Assembly: GCA_963662585.1 (NCBI GenBank)
Contig: OY759729.1
Coordinates: 608,001-672,000, forward strand
Length of the DNA stretch: 64,000 bases
Source of the DNA: Candidatus Cloacimonadales bacterium
GTDB taxonomy: Bacteria > Cloacimonadota > Cloacimonadia > Cloacimonadales > JAFGVF01
Direction: 5' to 3'
The translations under genes were made by a program, and so were the position numbers. The notes beneath the pieces were generated by a model that saw only the letters and a list, made by a program, of their open reading frames with translations, was not told where the DNA came from and ran no database searches. Shown here in pieces: positions 1-8,911 of the stretch (position 1 is its first letter; each line of letters begins with the position of its first letter).

Positions 1-705
1 ATATACTTTAGCACTCTTTTCAGCTCTGGCAGGATTTACACCTAAACCCACATTTGCTGTCTTATTGCCCTTGGGGAATATCCATATGTATCCACCTGGA
101 GCAAAGTTATTATCAAAGATAAAACTACATTCGGAATCTATTATTTTATCATCATATAATAAATATTGGGCACAAGAATCTATATCATCTAAGTTTAGTT
201 GAGTTGATAAGCCAAACCATCTCCCCACCTTAGAATCAACGCCATCAGCACCAACTATTAACTTAGCCTTGATAGGAGAAGTATTATCTTTGATAGTAAG
301 ATAAAATAGCTCTTCTTGTTGATTATAGCTTGCTTGAAGAACATCATGCCTTAAAAGAATCTGAGCTCCAGCATCAATAGCCTTCTTAGCTAAGAATTTA
401 TCAAACAACTCACGGTTCAGAATTACTCCTGGCACAGAGGGTTTGATATTTATTGCCTCTTTATTGGGGGGAAGAATTACTATATGGTTAATCCGAGAAG
501 CAATAAGAGATTCTGGGATTTCTCCAAATTCTTCAAGTGCTTTACTCATTATCCCTTCAGCACAACGAACGGGTACCCCTATTTCTCTATCTCTTTCTAA
601 AACTACTGTTTTCAAACCTGCTTGAGCACATTTAAAAGCAGTACTTGTACCTGCTGGTCCACCACCAATTATTGCAACATCATAAATTAAATCACTCTGA
701 AACAT
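1..705 (-). CDS. Geranylgeranyl reductase family FAD-dependent oxidoreductase (DGGGPL reductase-like), 3' end runs off the window
   Basis: Not in the ORF track. Manual translation from ATG at 705: MFQSDLIYDVAIIGGGPAGTSTAFKCAQAGLKTVVLERDREIGVPVRCAEG...APGGYIWIFPKGNKTANVGLG. Shows the GxGxxG FAD motif and the PVRCxEG and YxWxFP motifs of the GGR family. Confidence 0.88.
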   Translation of the reverse strand, partial: MFQSDLIYDVAIIGGGPAGTSTAFKCAQAGLKTVVLERDREIGVPVRCAEGIMSKALEEFGEIPESLIASRINHIVILPPNKEAINIKPSVPGVILNRELFDKFLAKKAIDAGAQILLRHDVLQASYNQQEELFYLTIKDNTSPIKAKLIVGADGVDSKVGRWFGLSTQLNLDDIDSCAQYLLYDDKIIDSECSFIFDNNFAPGGYIWIFPKGNKTANVGLGVNPARAEKSAKVY

Positions 706-871
706 TTGCTATGGCTCCTAGTGGACAAGACTTCAAACATATTTGACAAGCAATGCATTTCTCTTGATTAACTTGCACCAGATACTCACTTATTTCTATT
801 GCTAATTGCGGACAAATTGCCACACAACACCCACATCGATCACAAACTTGGGAATTAATCTCTACTCTCAT
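692..871 (-). CDS. 2[4Fe-4S] ferredoxin (59 aa)
   Basis: Below the ORF-track cutoff. Manual translation MRVEINSQVCDRCGCCVAICPQLAIEISEYLVQVNQEKCIACQICLKSCPLGAIANVSE has two CxxCxxCxxxCP motifs and overlaps both neighbouring genes. Confidence 0.93.
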   Translation of the reverse strand: MRVEINSQVCDRCGCCVAICPQLAIEISEYLVQVNQEKCIACQICLKSCPLGAIANVSE

Positions 872-2423
872 TACTATCCCGATAATCTATTACTTTGGCT
901 TGGCCATTATTAGTTAATTGCACGACTAATTCATATAAAATATTATCTGATAATTGCTGCTTTACACCATTATCAAAAGTTAAACGATGATGATTTCCAT
1001 TAACATCATAGTTCCTGACTAATATCATAGGTTCTTGATTATCTTGACCGAAAGGTAACATGAAATCTAGCTGTTCAATTGCATCACTATCTAAGTCACT
1101 AATATTAATAATTGCATCGATATTAATTGTCTTGTTAGCATCAATCTGCGGTTTTTCTTGTTGGAAATACTCTTTATATAATTTAGTAAATAGTTCTAAA
1201 TTCTCTTTATGCATGGTAAATCCACCTGCCCTAACATGACCACCAAACTGAATCAAGGCTTCTTCACAATATTTGAAAGCTTCTAAAATATTGAAGCCAT
1301 CACTGCATCTGCCTTCGCAAATAATGATATCATCTCTTTCTTTCAGCATTATTACTGGTTCATAAAGAGTATTAACCAAGAAGGTAGCACAAGTACCTAA
1401 TAATGGACTAGTTATACGACTTTCTTGATCGAAATAGACAACACCACTTCCATCGTAATCAGCTAAAATTTCAGCAATAATAGTATTTAAACCATAAAGA
1501 TTTTGTTCATTAGCTTTTTTCTCAGATTGTATTAAAGCAAATTCATCATACTTCTCACGGTCATTAGCAATCATGAACTGCAAACCATGGTGATTCCCGC
1601 CGATATCTCTCCCATTAGCAATCATCCGATAGCTATAAGTAAGAAAATTCATCTTATCATAGTTGTTAATGATTGGATTACAGACAGATTTTAACATATC
1701 TATTGTATTTCCTGTAATTTCATCCCAGCAATCTAAAACATGACGAACAATAATCCAATTGACATCAGCCATAGGGACTCTATCAGCTAATGAGCCAACA
1801 GCAGTCCAGAAATAGTAAGAAGGTTTAACCTCTTTGCCTAACTTCTTGGCTAGCCCTCTAACTAACATTAGAGAAACTCCTACTCCAGCTACCATCTTAT
1901 AGGGATAGTTGCAGTCTTGTCTTTTGGGATTTACTACAGCACTTGCTAGAGGGATATTTTCTTCAGCAAAAAGGTGATGATCAGTAATAATTACGACGAT
2001 TCCTAAAGCTTTGATTTCTTCAATTTTATCTTTAGAAGAGATTCCGTTATCTACTGTAATAACCAAATCAGCCTTTTTCATTTTAAGATATTCTAAAAAA
2101 CTATCTTGAATACCATGATGATCCACTAATCTATTAGGTATATAATAATAGTGATTTTGAAATCCACAGCTATCGAAGAAGTCATAAAGAAGATAAGTAG
2201 AAGTTACACCATCCGGGTCGTCATGACCGAATATAACTATTCTTTCATTGTTATAAAGAGCTTGCAATATTCTCTCAATAGCAATATCTAAATCCTTTAA
2301 CAATAACTCATCTGGTAGGTCTTCTATCTTTTTTTTATAATCAGTTCTTGTCTTACCTCTGTTAGCCAAGATCTGATCAATAAAATTCTCATCACTTTCA
2401 TTATATAACCAATTTAACTTCAT
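855..2423 (-). CDS. recJ: RecJ-like DHH/DHHA1 single-stranded DNA exonuclease
   Basis: Motifs GHDDPDG, TVDNG, ITDHH, ADRVPM and FGGHVRAGG. Confidence 0.85.
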   Translation of the reverse strand: MKLNWLYNESDENFIDQILANRGKTRTDYKKKIEDLPDELLLKDLDIAIERILQALYNNERIVIFGHDDPDGVTSTYLLYDFFDSCGFQNHYYYIPNRLVDHHGIQDSFLEYLKMKKADLVITVDNGISSKDKIEEIKALGIVVIITDHHLFAEENIPLASAVVNPKRQDCNYPYKMVAGVGVSLMLVRGLAKKLGKEVKPSYYFWTAVGSLADRVPMADVNWIIVRHVLDCWDEITGNTIDMLKSVCNPIINNYDKMNFLTYSYRMIANGRDIGGNHHGLQFMIANDREKYDEFALIQSEKKANEQNLYGLNTIIAEILADYDGSGVVYFDQESRITSPLLGTCATFLVNTLYEPVIMLKERDDIIICEGRCSDGFNILEAFKYCEEALIQFGGHVRAGGFTMHKENLELFTKLYKEYFQQEKPQIDANKTINIDAIINISDLDSDAIEQLDFMLPFGQDNQEPMILVRNYDVNGNHHRLTFDNGVKQQLSDNILYELVVQLTNNGQAKVIDYRDSNESRD

Positions 2424-2427
2424 GCAA

Positions 2428-3669
2428 TTATCCTTGTTGATTTAAATCTTCTTTTACAGGTATTTCCCTTGGGTCTTTTCTGGTATAAACTCTTCTGAAA
2501 ATATCAAAACCGGAAACTCCGATCATGAACATACTTGACCTATCTTCAATACCATGGGTATTAACATCACCTCTAATTAAATATTCAAAGGCAAAATCTA
2601 ATTTATCAATTCTAGATTTTAGAGGAAGAGAAAAACCAATAGTGGCACTCTGCTCATAAATCTTTTCATTATTATAGTCAAAAGGTAATTCTCTTAATGA
2701 AAAACCTGTTCTAATTGGTATGGTTTTAAGAAAATCTTGTCTTCCTAATTTTGGTTCATAAGCAAAACCAATCCCAACCTTCCATGCGTTATGGTAGTCT
2801 TGACCCATGAAGTTATCCCATAACTCATAATTCACATCACTAGCGACTTTAAAGACTCCAGCCCATTTCTTAGCAAGACCAAAACCAATTTTGTGTGGTA
2901 AATTAAATTCAACATTACCCATCTCTTCATCAGAGTGAATAGTGAAAAATTCCTTTTCAGCTTTGATTTCTCTACCATATTCATAGTTTGCACCTAAGGA
3001 CCAATTAGTTCCTTGCTTAAGAATTCCAGCACTGAAACCAACATTAGTAAAAGAGATTTTTGTTTTGTTCTTTGTATTAAAGACACCATTACCAGTATCT
3101 TGAATTAACTCTCTTTCACGGTGGCCGATATAAACATTAGGTCCTATACCAAAACTCCAACCTGCTGGTAGTCTATATCCATAATAGGCATCTAATTTAT
3201 AGATATATGAACTGAAAAGATTTTGCTCTATAAGAGTAAACTCTTCACCATCAATAGTGTAAGGAACTTCAAGTTCATTATCAAAATTACCTGATTTCCA
3301 AGAATTGAATTGAAAAGCAAATTTGTGTTTATCAAATGGTGCTACAATGCTAAAAAATGGAAAATCTAAAGCATTATCAGTAAAACTTGAACCATCTTCA
3401 GCTTCATATTTTACATATCCCAGTTTCAAACCAGTATAAAAATTTACAGTGTTGGCTGTATTGATTAAAGCAGGATTTCCAAAACCGTGAGATAAGCGTA
3501 AGCCATCACCTAGTCCGACATCACCCATACCTTGACTGTAGATATCATTTCCAGAATATTGGTAAGGTAATCCACTTACTGAAAAGATAGAATTACCAGC
3601 AGCTAAAATACTAATTTGCATACATAGAATTATCATTATTGTGGTCTTGAACCAACTTTTTTTAATCAT
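2428..3669 (-). CDS. Outer membrane beta-barrel protein (FadL/PorV-like)
   Basis: Signal peptide, GMGDVG and NPA motifs near the N terminus, alternating aromatic/hydrophobic strands. Confidence 0.65.
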   Translation of the reverse strand: MIKKSWFKTTIMIILCMQISILAAGNSIFSVSGLPYQYSGNDIYSQGMGDVGLGDGLRLSHGFGNPALINTANTVNFYTGLKLGYVKYEAEDGSSFTDNALDFPFFSIVAPFDKHKFAFQFNSWKSGNFDNELEVPYTIDGEEFTLIEQNLFSSYIYKLDAYYGYRLPAGWSFGIGPNVYIGHRERELIQDTGNGVFNTKNKTKISFTNVGFSAGILKQGTNWSLGANYEYGREIKAEKEFFTIHSDEEMGNVEFNLPHKIGFGLAKKWAGVFKVASDVNYELWDNFMGQDYHNAWKVGIGFAYEPKLGRQDFLKTIPIRTGFSLRELPFDYNNEKIYEQSATIGFSLPLKSRIDKLDFAFEYLIRGDVNTHGIEDRSSMFMIGVSGFDIFRRVYTRKDPREIPVKEDLNQQG

Positions 3670-3775
3670 TTATCGCTCCATTTCTATTTGTCTATCTAAT
3701 AAATTAAACTACTTAACATTTGTCAATAATCTTTTTGAAAAAGAAAGTTAAGTAGCTAATTCTTGGAAAGAGCTC

Positions 3776-4801
3776 CTATTTAGCTATACTATCGAAATAT
3801 TTCTCTATTCTGACTCGTAATTTCTTTTTAAGTGATGAAACAATAGATGATTTTGACTTAGAAACTGCCTCAGCCCTATTAATACCTCCAGTTCGCCCTT
3901 TTTCATTAATAGATAAAACTGTTTGCTCATTTCTGTCTGTGATACTTAATTGAAACTCATATTTAACAAAATCTTCTTTTCTATCTAGTTCTACATCTTG
4001 ATAACTTATCTTACTATTTACCATAAGCATTGCATTATTATCTACAATATTGAAGTTCATTTCGTTAATAATCTCATTTATAATGTTAGCAATTATATCG
4101 TTTTCATCATTTTCTACATTTATTGAAAAACTAATCTGAGAAGCTATCTCTCTCATTAAAGAATTAATTTTAGGGTACCTGTTTTCAATTCCGACCATTT
4201 CATATTCCATAGGAGAAATTATGGCTAATTGATCTAATAAGGTTTGATTTTGGAAAGCAAAAATACTGGCAACTCCAAGATAAGCATATTTATGGGTATT
4301 ATCGTAAGCTGAATTGTACTTATCCATATAAAAATCAATCATTTCATTAGTTTGACTTATCTTTTCATCATAAATATCTGCAGTTCTACTTCTATGGATA
4401 TAGGCTAGAGCATAGACTTTTCCAAGATTGTCGGTATAGCTCTCTCCTATTTCAATATTTATTAAATTTTGTTCAGCACTAATAAAGATATCCTTAGTAT
4501 TTTCAGCAAAAAGTGAAACTTCATCTTCCTGGGAGCTAGATTCTAAATCTGACCAGCGTTCTGAATATTTGCTATTTGCTTTCACATCAGTTTTAAAGAT
4601 TCTAGCTACACTTCCCATAGCATCTGCTTCTGCAGATCTTCTTGTAGAACCATAACCTACTGCAGACAAATACATTCCTTCAGGATATTTTACTTTAGGA
4701 TTATCTATCCATTCAGGCTTTCCACCATTTCTCCTTGCTGAATTGGAAGAACAAGCAGCAAGAAACAAAACTATAAGTAATAAGTATATAATCTTCTTCA
4801 T
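3776..4801 (-). CDS. LPP20-family lipoprotein
   Basis: Lipobox LAAC; KPEWI...YLSAVGYG...AEADAM pattern of the LPP20 domain. Confidence 0.75.
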   Translation of the reverse strand: MKKIIYLLLIVLFLAACSSNSARRNGGKPEWIDNPKVKYPEGMYLSAVGYGSTRRSAEADAMGSVARIFKTDVKANSKYSERWSDLESSSQEDEVSLFAENTKDIFISAEQNLINIEIGESYTDNLGKVYALAYIHRSRTADIYDEKISQTNEMIDFYMDKYNSAYDNTHKYAYLGVASIFAFQNQTLLDQLAIISPMEYEMVGIENRYPKINSLMREIASQISFSINVENDENDIIANIINEIINEMNFNIVDNNAMLMVNSKISYQDVELDRKEDFVKYEFQLSITDRNEQTVLSINEKGRTGGINRAEAVSKSKSSIVSSLKKKLRVRIEKYFDSIAK

Positions 4802-4810
4802 TTTCTTCTC

Positions 4811-6190
4811 CTATTTAAGATAATAAGATTCGATTAAATTTATCTCATTGCCTTTAACTTCATAATCATTAAAATAATCAGTATAGACAAGAACATTATA
4901 TCTATCGATATAATTCACTTTAATATTGTAATTACCTGGGGCAATATCATAGTCCCCAATATAGGCAAATCCAGGAAAGATAAAGCAAGATCTTAGATCT
5001 GCTGCTTCACTGGCTTCAGTTAGAGCTGCAGCTCCTAGTTTGGTTAGGAATCCGCCTAATTCTCCAGTTCTTTTTTCCATCTCTTTTTGAGCCATAATCG
5101 AAGCAATTCCCTTAATAACAGTTCTGGTTATTGCCCTAATATATGTCATATTGGCTTTAATTTGAAAAGTTTCTTTAGCTATATTATTAATGTCTTCAAT
5201 TTTAGCTAACTCTCCAATCTTCTTATCATTTACTTCAATTGTAATTTTACTTATTTCACTTTTCTTCTCTTTCATTCGAGGAATAGAAAATTTGAAGTAA
5301 TTACCTGCTGAAACACCAGGGAAAATGAATTGTTGTCCGTCAGCCTCTTTTCCATCATCAACAAAGACAATAACCATATTTTCAGCAGTAGCTACACGGT
5401 AAGTTAAAGGATGCTTTTCAGGGGCTAAGCCTGTGAAACTTACAAAGTTTAATTTAGTGTTTCCTGCTTTAATATCTACAAATCCAGATAAATCAGGTTT
5501 GGAAAAATTATAAATATGGGCTTGTAACTGAAAAGCTTCATCAAGATATCTATGATCAATTCTAACATCATCAAACTGCTTATCTGCACGATATAATAAC
5601 ATTCCTAAAAATCTAGCTAAAGCAGAATTATTGAATTGAATACTTTTTACATTAACCTTAATTTTACTGTCATCTGAATCATTAAGTTCATCTGCATATT
5701 TTTTATATTTATCTTCTAAAAGGTTAAGTTTAATATTTACTTTCCTAACCTCAACAAAAGCAGATTCAGACTGATTTAGATTCATATAGTTCAAAGCTTT
5801 AAAAATATTAATATAGATATCTTCATAATCTTCGCCTGCATAAGCAAAAACATTATCATTAAGCAACATTGATGAAGCAGCTCTACTCAAAGATTTAGTA
5901 TATAGATCTTCAATAGCATTTTCTGCATCAGTTAAGGCGATATTACTTTCTTGGTATTCTTGATTGTAGTGTAAAAGTACGCCTTTATATAAGTAATAAA
6001 GAACTCTATCCTTGTCTGAAAAACTCTTTTCTTTGGTATCTTCAATGATTTTTATCGCACCTAGGAAGTTTCTATTCTGTACATTTTCTAAAAGGCTCTC
6101 TTTATAAGCGTCACGGGTACGAATATTTGAACAGCCTATTAATGAAAATAATATGCTTATCAAAATCGCATTTCTAAATTTTATCATCAA
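4811..6190 (-). CDS. COG3014-like TPR lipoprotein
   Basis: Lipobox LIGC; YAGEDYEDIYINIFKALNY and ADLRS motifs; adjacent to lpoB as is typical. Confidence 0.75.
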   Translation of the reverse strand: MMIKFRNAILISILFSLIGCSNIRTRDAYKESLLENVQNRNFLGAIKIIEDTKEKSFSDKDRVLYYLYKGVLLHYNQEYQESNIALTDAENAIEDLYTKSLSRAASSMLLNDNVFAYAGEDYEDIYINIFKALNYMNLNQSESAFVEVRKVNIKLNLLEDKYKKYADELNDSDDSKIKVNVKSIQFNNSALARFLGMLLYRADKQFDDVRIDHRYLDEAFQLQAHIYNFSKPDLSGFVDIKAGNTKLNFVSFTGLAPEKHPLTYRVATAENMVIVFVDDGKEADGQQFIFPGVSAGNYFKFSIPRMKEKKSEISKITIEVNDKKIGELAKIEDINNIAKETFQIKANMTYIRAITRTVIKGIASIMAQKEMEKRTGELGGFLTKLGAAALTEASEAADLRSCFIFPGFAYIGDYDIAPGNYNIKVNYIDRYNVLVYTDYFNDYEVKGNEINLIESYYLK

Positions 6191-6222
6191 AGCTCCTTGT
6201 GAAACATCTCGATAGTAAAAAC

Positions 6223-6254
6223 AAAAGTAGGTAGCTTAAAAAAAACTACCTACT
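6223..6254 (-). terminator. Intrinsic terminator or stabilising hairpin after lpoB
   Basis: agtaggtag/ctacctact inverted repeat with a U-tract on the minus strand. Confidence 0.65.
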
Positions 6255-6261
6255 ATAGTGT

Positions 6262-6864
6262 TTATAATTTAACTTTACCTTTTGTAACAGTCTTTTTGTG
6301 TTTCTTTTCTCCGATCCAAACTGTTTCGTTTGTCTCAGTGTCAACTAATTGGAGATTTACTTGATAAAAGATAACTCTTTTGCCATCAGCTGCATCTGTT
6401 ATAGATTTTATAGAACCTTGAAGAACAAAATCAGCACCTAACTCTTCAGCTAATCTTTTTGCAGTTTCTTCTGAAGCATAAGATTGTTGTTCTAATCTCT
6501 CTTGTCTTACTTCATCTCTTTCATCTTTACCAGCAACAAATCTTACTTTACCTGAGTTGATAAGTTCTCTCTGAATATCTTTGATAAAAGTCTCTGTTTG
6601 AATATGTTCTGATGTTAGGTTTCTAATAGTTCCTACAGTAACAACAGGTTTTTCGGACTTTTCAGAAACAAAATTCATTAACCAATTTTGAGTAACAACA
6701 TCTTTGACCATCTCTTCTGAGACTAAACGAGAATCTGTGTCATTCCATCTTCCGCTTAGGTCAATGACTTGATCAGCAGCTACACGGTTTACTTCTTTGT
6801 TAGCTGAGCACCCAACCATTAACATAATTGCCAATAAGAGAGCAATAATTATAGTTCTTTTCAT
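6262..6864 (-). CDS. lpoB: Penicillin-binding protein activator LpoB-family lipoprotein
   Basis: Lipobox MVGC; DLSGRWNDTDSR, NLTSEHI and GADFVLQGSI motifs. Confidence 0.85.
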   Translation of the reverse strand: MKRTIIIALLLAIMLMVGCSANKEVNRVAADQVIDLSGRWNDTDSRLVSEEMVKDVVTQNWLMNFVSEKSEKPVVTVGTIRNLTSEHIQTETFIKDIQRELINSGKVRFVAGKDERDEVRQERLEQQSYASEETAKRLAEELGADFVLQGSIKSITDAADGKRVIFYQVNLQLVDTETNETVWIGEKKHKKTVTKGKVKL

Positions 6865-6878
6865 ATTTTCCTCCGATT

Positions 6879-7847
6879 TTATATTTCATTTTCGCTAATT
6901 ATGATAGATTCATAATTCTCGTCAATATCTTTTTTCAATTTCTCTTTCATATATTGCTGTTTAAAAAATTCATATTGAGATTTTACAATTCTCTGATAAA
7001 GATAGATTACTAAAGGTGAGAAGAAGAAACAAGCTACCAAGAAAAGTAGAATTAATGAAGGGATTGCACTAAGTACATCTACCCTATTAATCATTAAAGG
7101 GAAATTAACTAAAATGTCAGAAGGAATTGCATATCTTGCTTTAACAAAAAATCCTAAGAAAACTTGTTTATATATCAAAGTTGACAAGGTTGTAGTTAAA
7201 AGAGTTATCAAAAATATTTTCACATAATATCTCTTCATCATGACAAATGATTTAGCAAATTTTGAGAGAGCTGTAAATTCTACATCTCCTTCATAAAAAA
7301 GAAGCATCTGTATTCTCAACAAGAAATTGATAGTTGCAGTAAAAAGGATAATCAGTAGATACAAGGGTTCTTTAACTTTATCAATTCCTGAAATGTTATA
7401 AAACATATCTGTCAGGAAATTCATATCCCAATAAGGTAGAAGATAAATTACTGAAAGGGCTATAATCCAAACAACAATATTAATAGTAGTAATGAAGATA
7501 GTAATATTGTCCTTTTCTTGGTCTGGAATCACCGCAATAGCATCTTTTCTTTTTAGAGAATTAATGAATTGCAAATCTAAAGAAACAGATCTATAAATCC
7601 AGAAAGCTGCTATGGCAATTATTATAAGATAGAGAAGAGGGATATTCTCCCATGAATAGGATAGAGTAAAAAAAAAGTTATCAAGTAAACCTCTATCGGC
7701 AACAAAGACGGATAAGTCTTGCGGCTGTAATAAAATCTGGAGCCCATTCCATCCTCCAAAAAAAACAAATTGCATCCAAAATACAATTTTCGAGAGTAAA
7801 AAATCATTATCTATCTTATTCGAACTATCTTTGGTACTATTAAGCAA
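6879..7847 (-). CDS. Hypothetical integral membrane protein
   Basis: About 6 hydrophobic segments; TTG start preceded by an AAGGAG RBS. Confidence 0.7.
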   Translation of the reverse strand: MLNSTKDSSNKIDNDFLLSKIVFWMQFVFFGGWNGLQILLQPQDLSVFVADRGLLDNFFFTLSYSWENIPLLYLIIIAIAAFWIYRSVSLDLQFINSLKRKDAIAVIPDQEKDNITIFITTINIVVWIIALSVIYLLPYWDMNFLTDMFYNISGIDKVKEPLYLLIILFTATINFLLRIQMLLFYEGDVEFTALSKFAKSFVMMKRYYVKIFLITLLTTTLSTLIYKQVFLGFFVKARYAIPSDILVNFPLMINRVDVLSAIPSLILLFLVACFFFSPLVIYLYQRIVKSQYEFFKQQYMKEKLKKDIDENYESIIISENEI

Positions 7848-7896
7848 GTATCAACTCCTTTATCACTTTATGCTAAGTTATAGTTGATAGAAAGTT

Positions 7897-7960
7897 TGTC
7901 AATTCAAAATTGATTTTTTTTTATTATTGACAGCTTAGTTCAAGTTTGCTTAAATAGAAT
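7897..7960. promoter_or_regulatory. Divergent sigma70-type promoters
   Basis: TTGACA on the minus strand (7897-7902) and the plus strand (7927-7932), each with an AT-rich -10 candidate. Confidence 0.5.
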
Positions 7961-7981
7961 TAATATAAAAAAGGAGATTTT

Positions 7982-8827
7982 ATGGAAAGAACGGGATTCC
8001 AGAAAGTAGGTATCTATGTTGATGTTGCTAACATTGCCCAAAATGGTGGCTACGGAATAGCTTACGATGTATTACGAGAGTTTGCCTGTCGTAACCATGG
8101 AACAGCTGTCCGCTTAAATGCCTACCTAGCTTATGATGAAGAAAGAGCAAAGAGTGATGCTGAATATAGAAGACACTCTCTTAATTTTCATGCAAACTTA
8201 AGAGATTATGGTTATAAAGTCATTGTTAAAGCTGTTAGGTTTTTCTTTGATGAATTAGGTCATCGTTATGCTAAGGCCAACGCTGATCTAGATTTAGCAG
8301 TAGATGCATTACTTCAATCTAATCATTTAGATTATGTATTATTAGTTACTGGTGATGGAGACTTTTTACAGGTGATAAGAGCCTTGCAAAATAAAGGATG
8401 TCGTGTGGATGTCTTAGGTTTTAAAAATGTCTCATATTTAATTAAAAATGAAGCAGATATTTTTGTCTCAGGATTTTTGGTTCCTGATTTGCTCCCAGTG
8501 CAAGATGAATATGGTGTTCCTCTTAATAAAGAACCTTGGGGGACTGTTGGCTCTTATGTAAGAGGTGTGTGTTATACATATAATAAAGAAAAGAACTTCG
8601 GATTTTTCCGAGTACTAGATTCAATTAATGAAGGCTTATGGATTACTGATTCCCGTAAGGAAAATTCACCTTATAAATCAATATTCTTCCATAGTTCCAA
8701 TTTACCAGAAGGGGTGGACATCGTACTTCCTAACCGCAATCAAATATTTGAATTTAAATTAGCTCCAGGAGATAAAGGTTTCCAAGCTGTAGATATTAGA
8801 GTTGGATATAAATATAGTTTTAAATAA
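7982..8827 (+). CDS. NYN (LabA/DUF88, PIN-like) domain protein with C-terminal cold-shock/OB domain
   Basis: YVDVAN, KANADLDLAVD and VTGDGDF NYN motifs; C-terminal KNFGFF...IFFHSS...KGFQAVDI resembles CSD RNP1/RNP2. Confidence 0.85.
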   Translation: MERTGFQKVGIYVDVANIAQNGGYGIAYDVLREFACRNHGTAVRLNAYLAYDEERAKSDAEYRRHSLNFHANLRDYGYKVIVKAVRFFFDELGHRYAKANADLDLAVDALLQSNHLDYVLLVTGDGDFLQVIRALQNKGCRVDVLGFKNVSYLIKNEADIFVSGFLVPDLLPVQDEYGVPLNKEPWGTVGSYVRGVCYTYNKEKNFGFFRVLDSINEGLWITDSRKENSPYKSIFFHSSNLPEGVDIVLPNRNQIFEFKLAPGDKGFQAVDIRVGYKYSFK

Positions 8828-8862
8828 AATATTAAAAAAAAAGTTGTTTATTAAAAGACATT

Positions 8863-8889
8863 AAAAAGGGCGTATTAGTTACGCCCTTT
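8863..8889. terminator. Bidirectional intrinsic terminator
   Basis: aaagggcgta-ttagt-tacgcccttt between convergent genes. Confidence 0.8.
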
Positions 8890-8911
8890 AATATTATTTA
8901 TGATAACTAAT

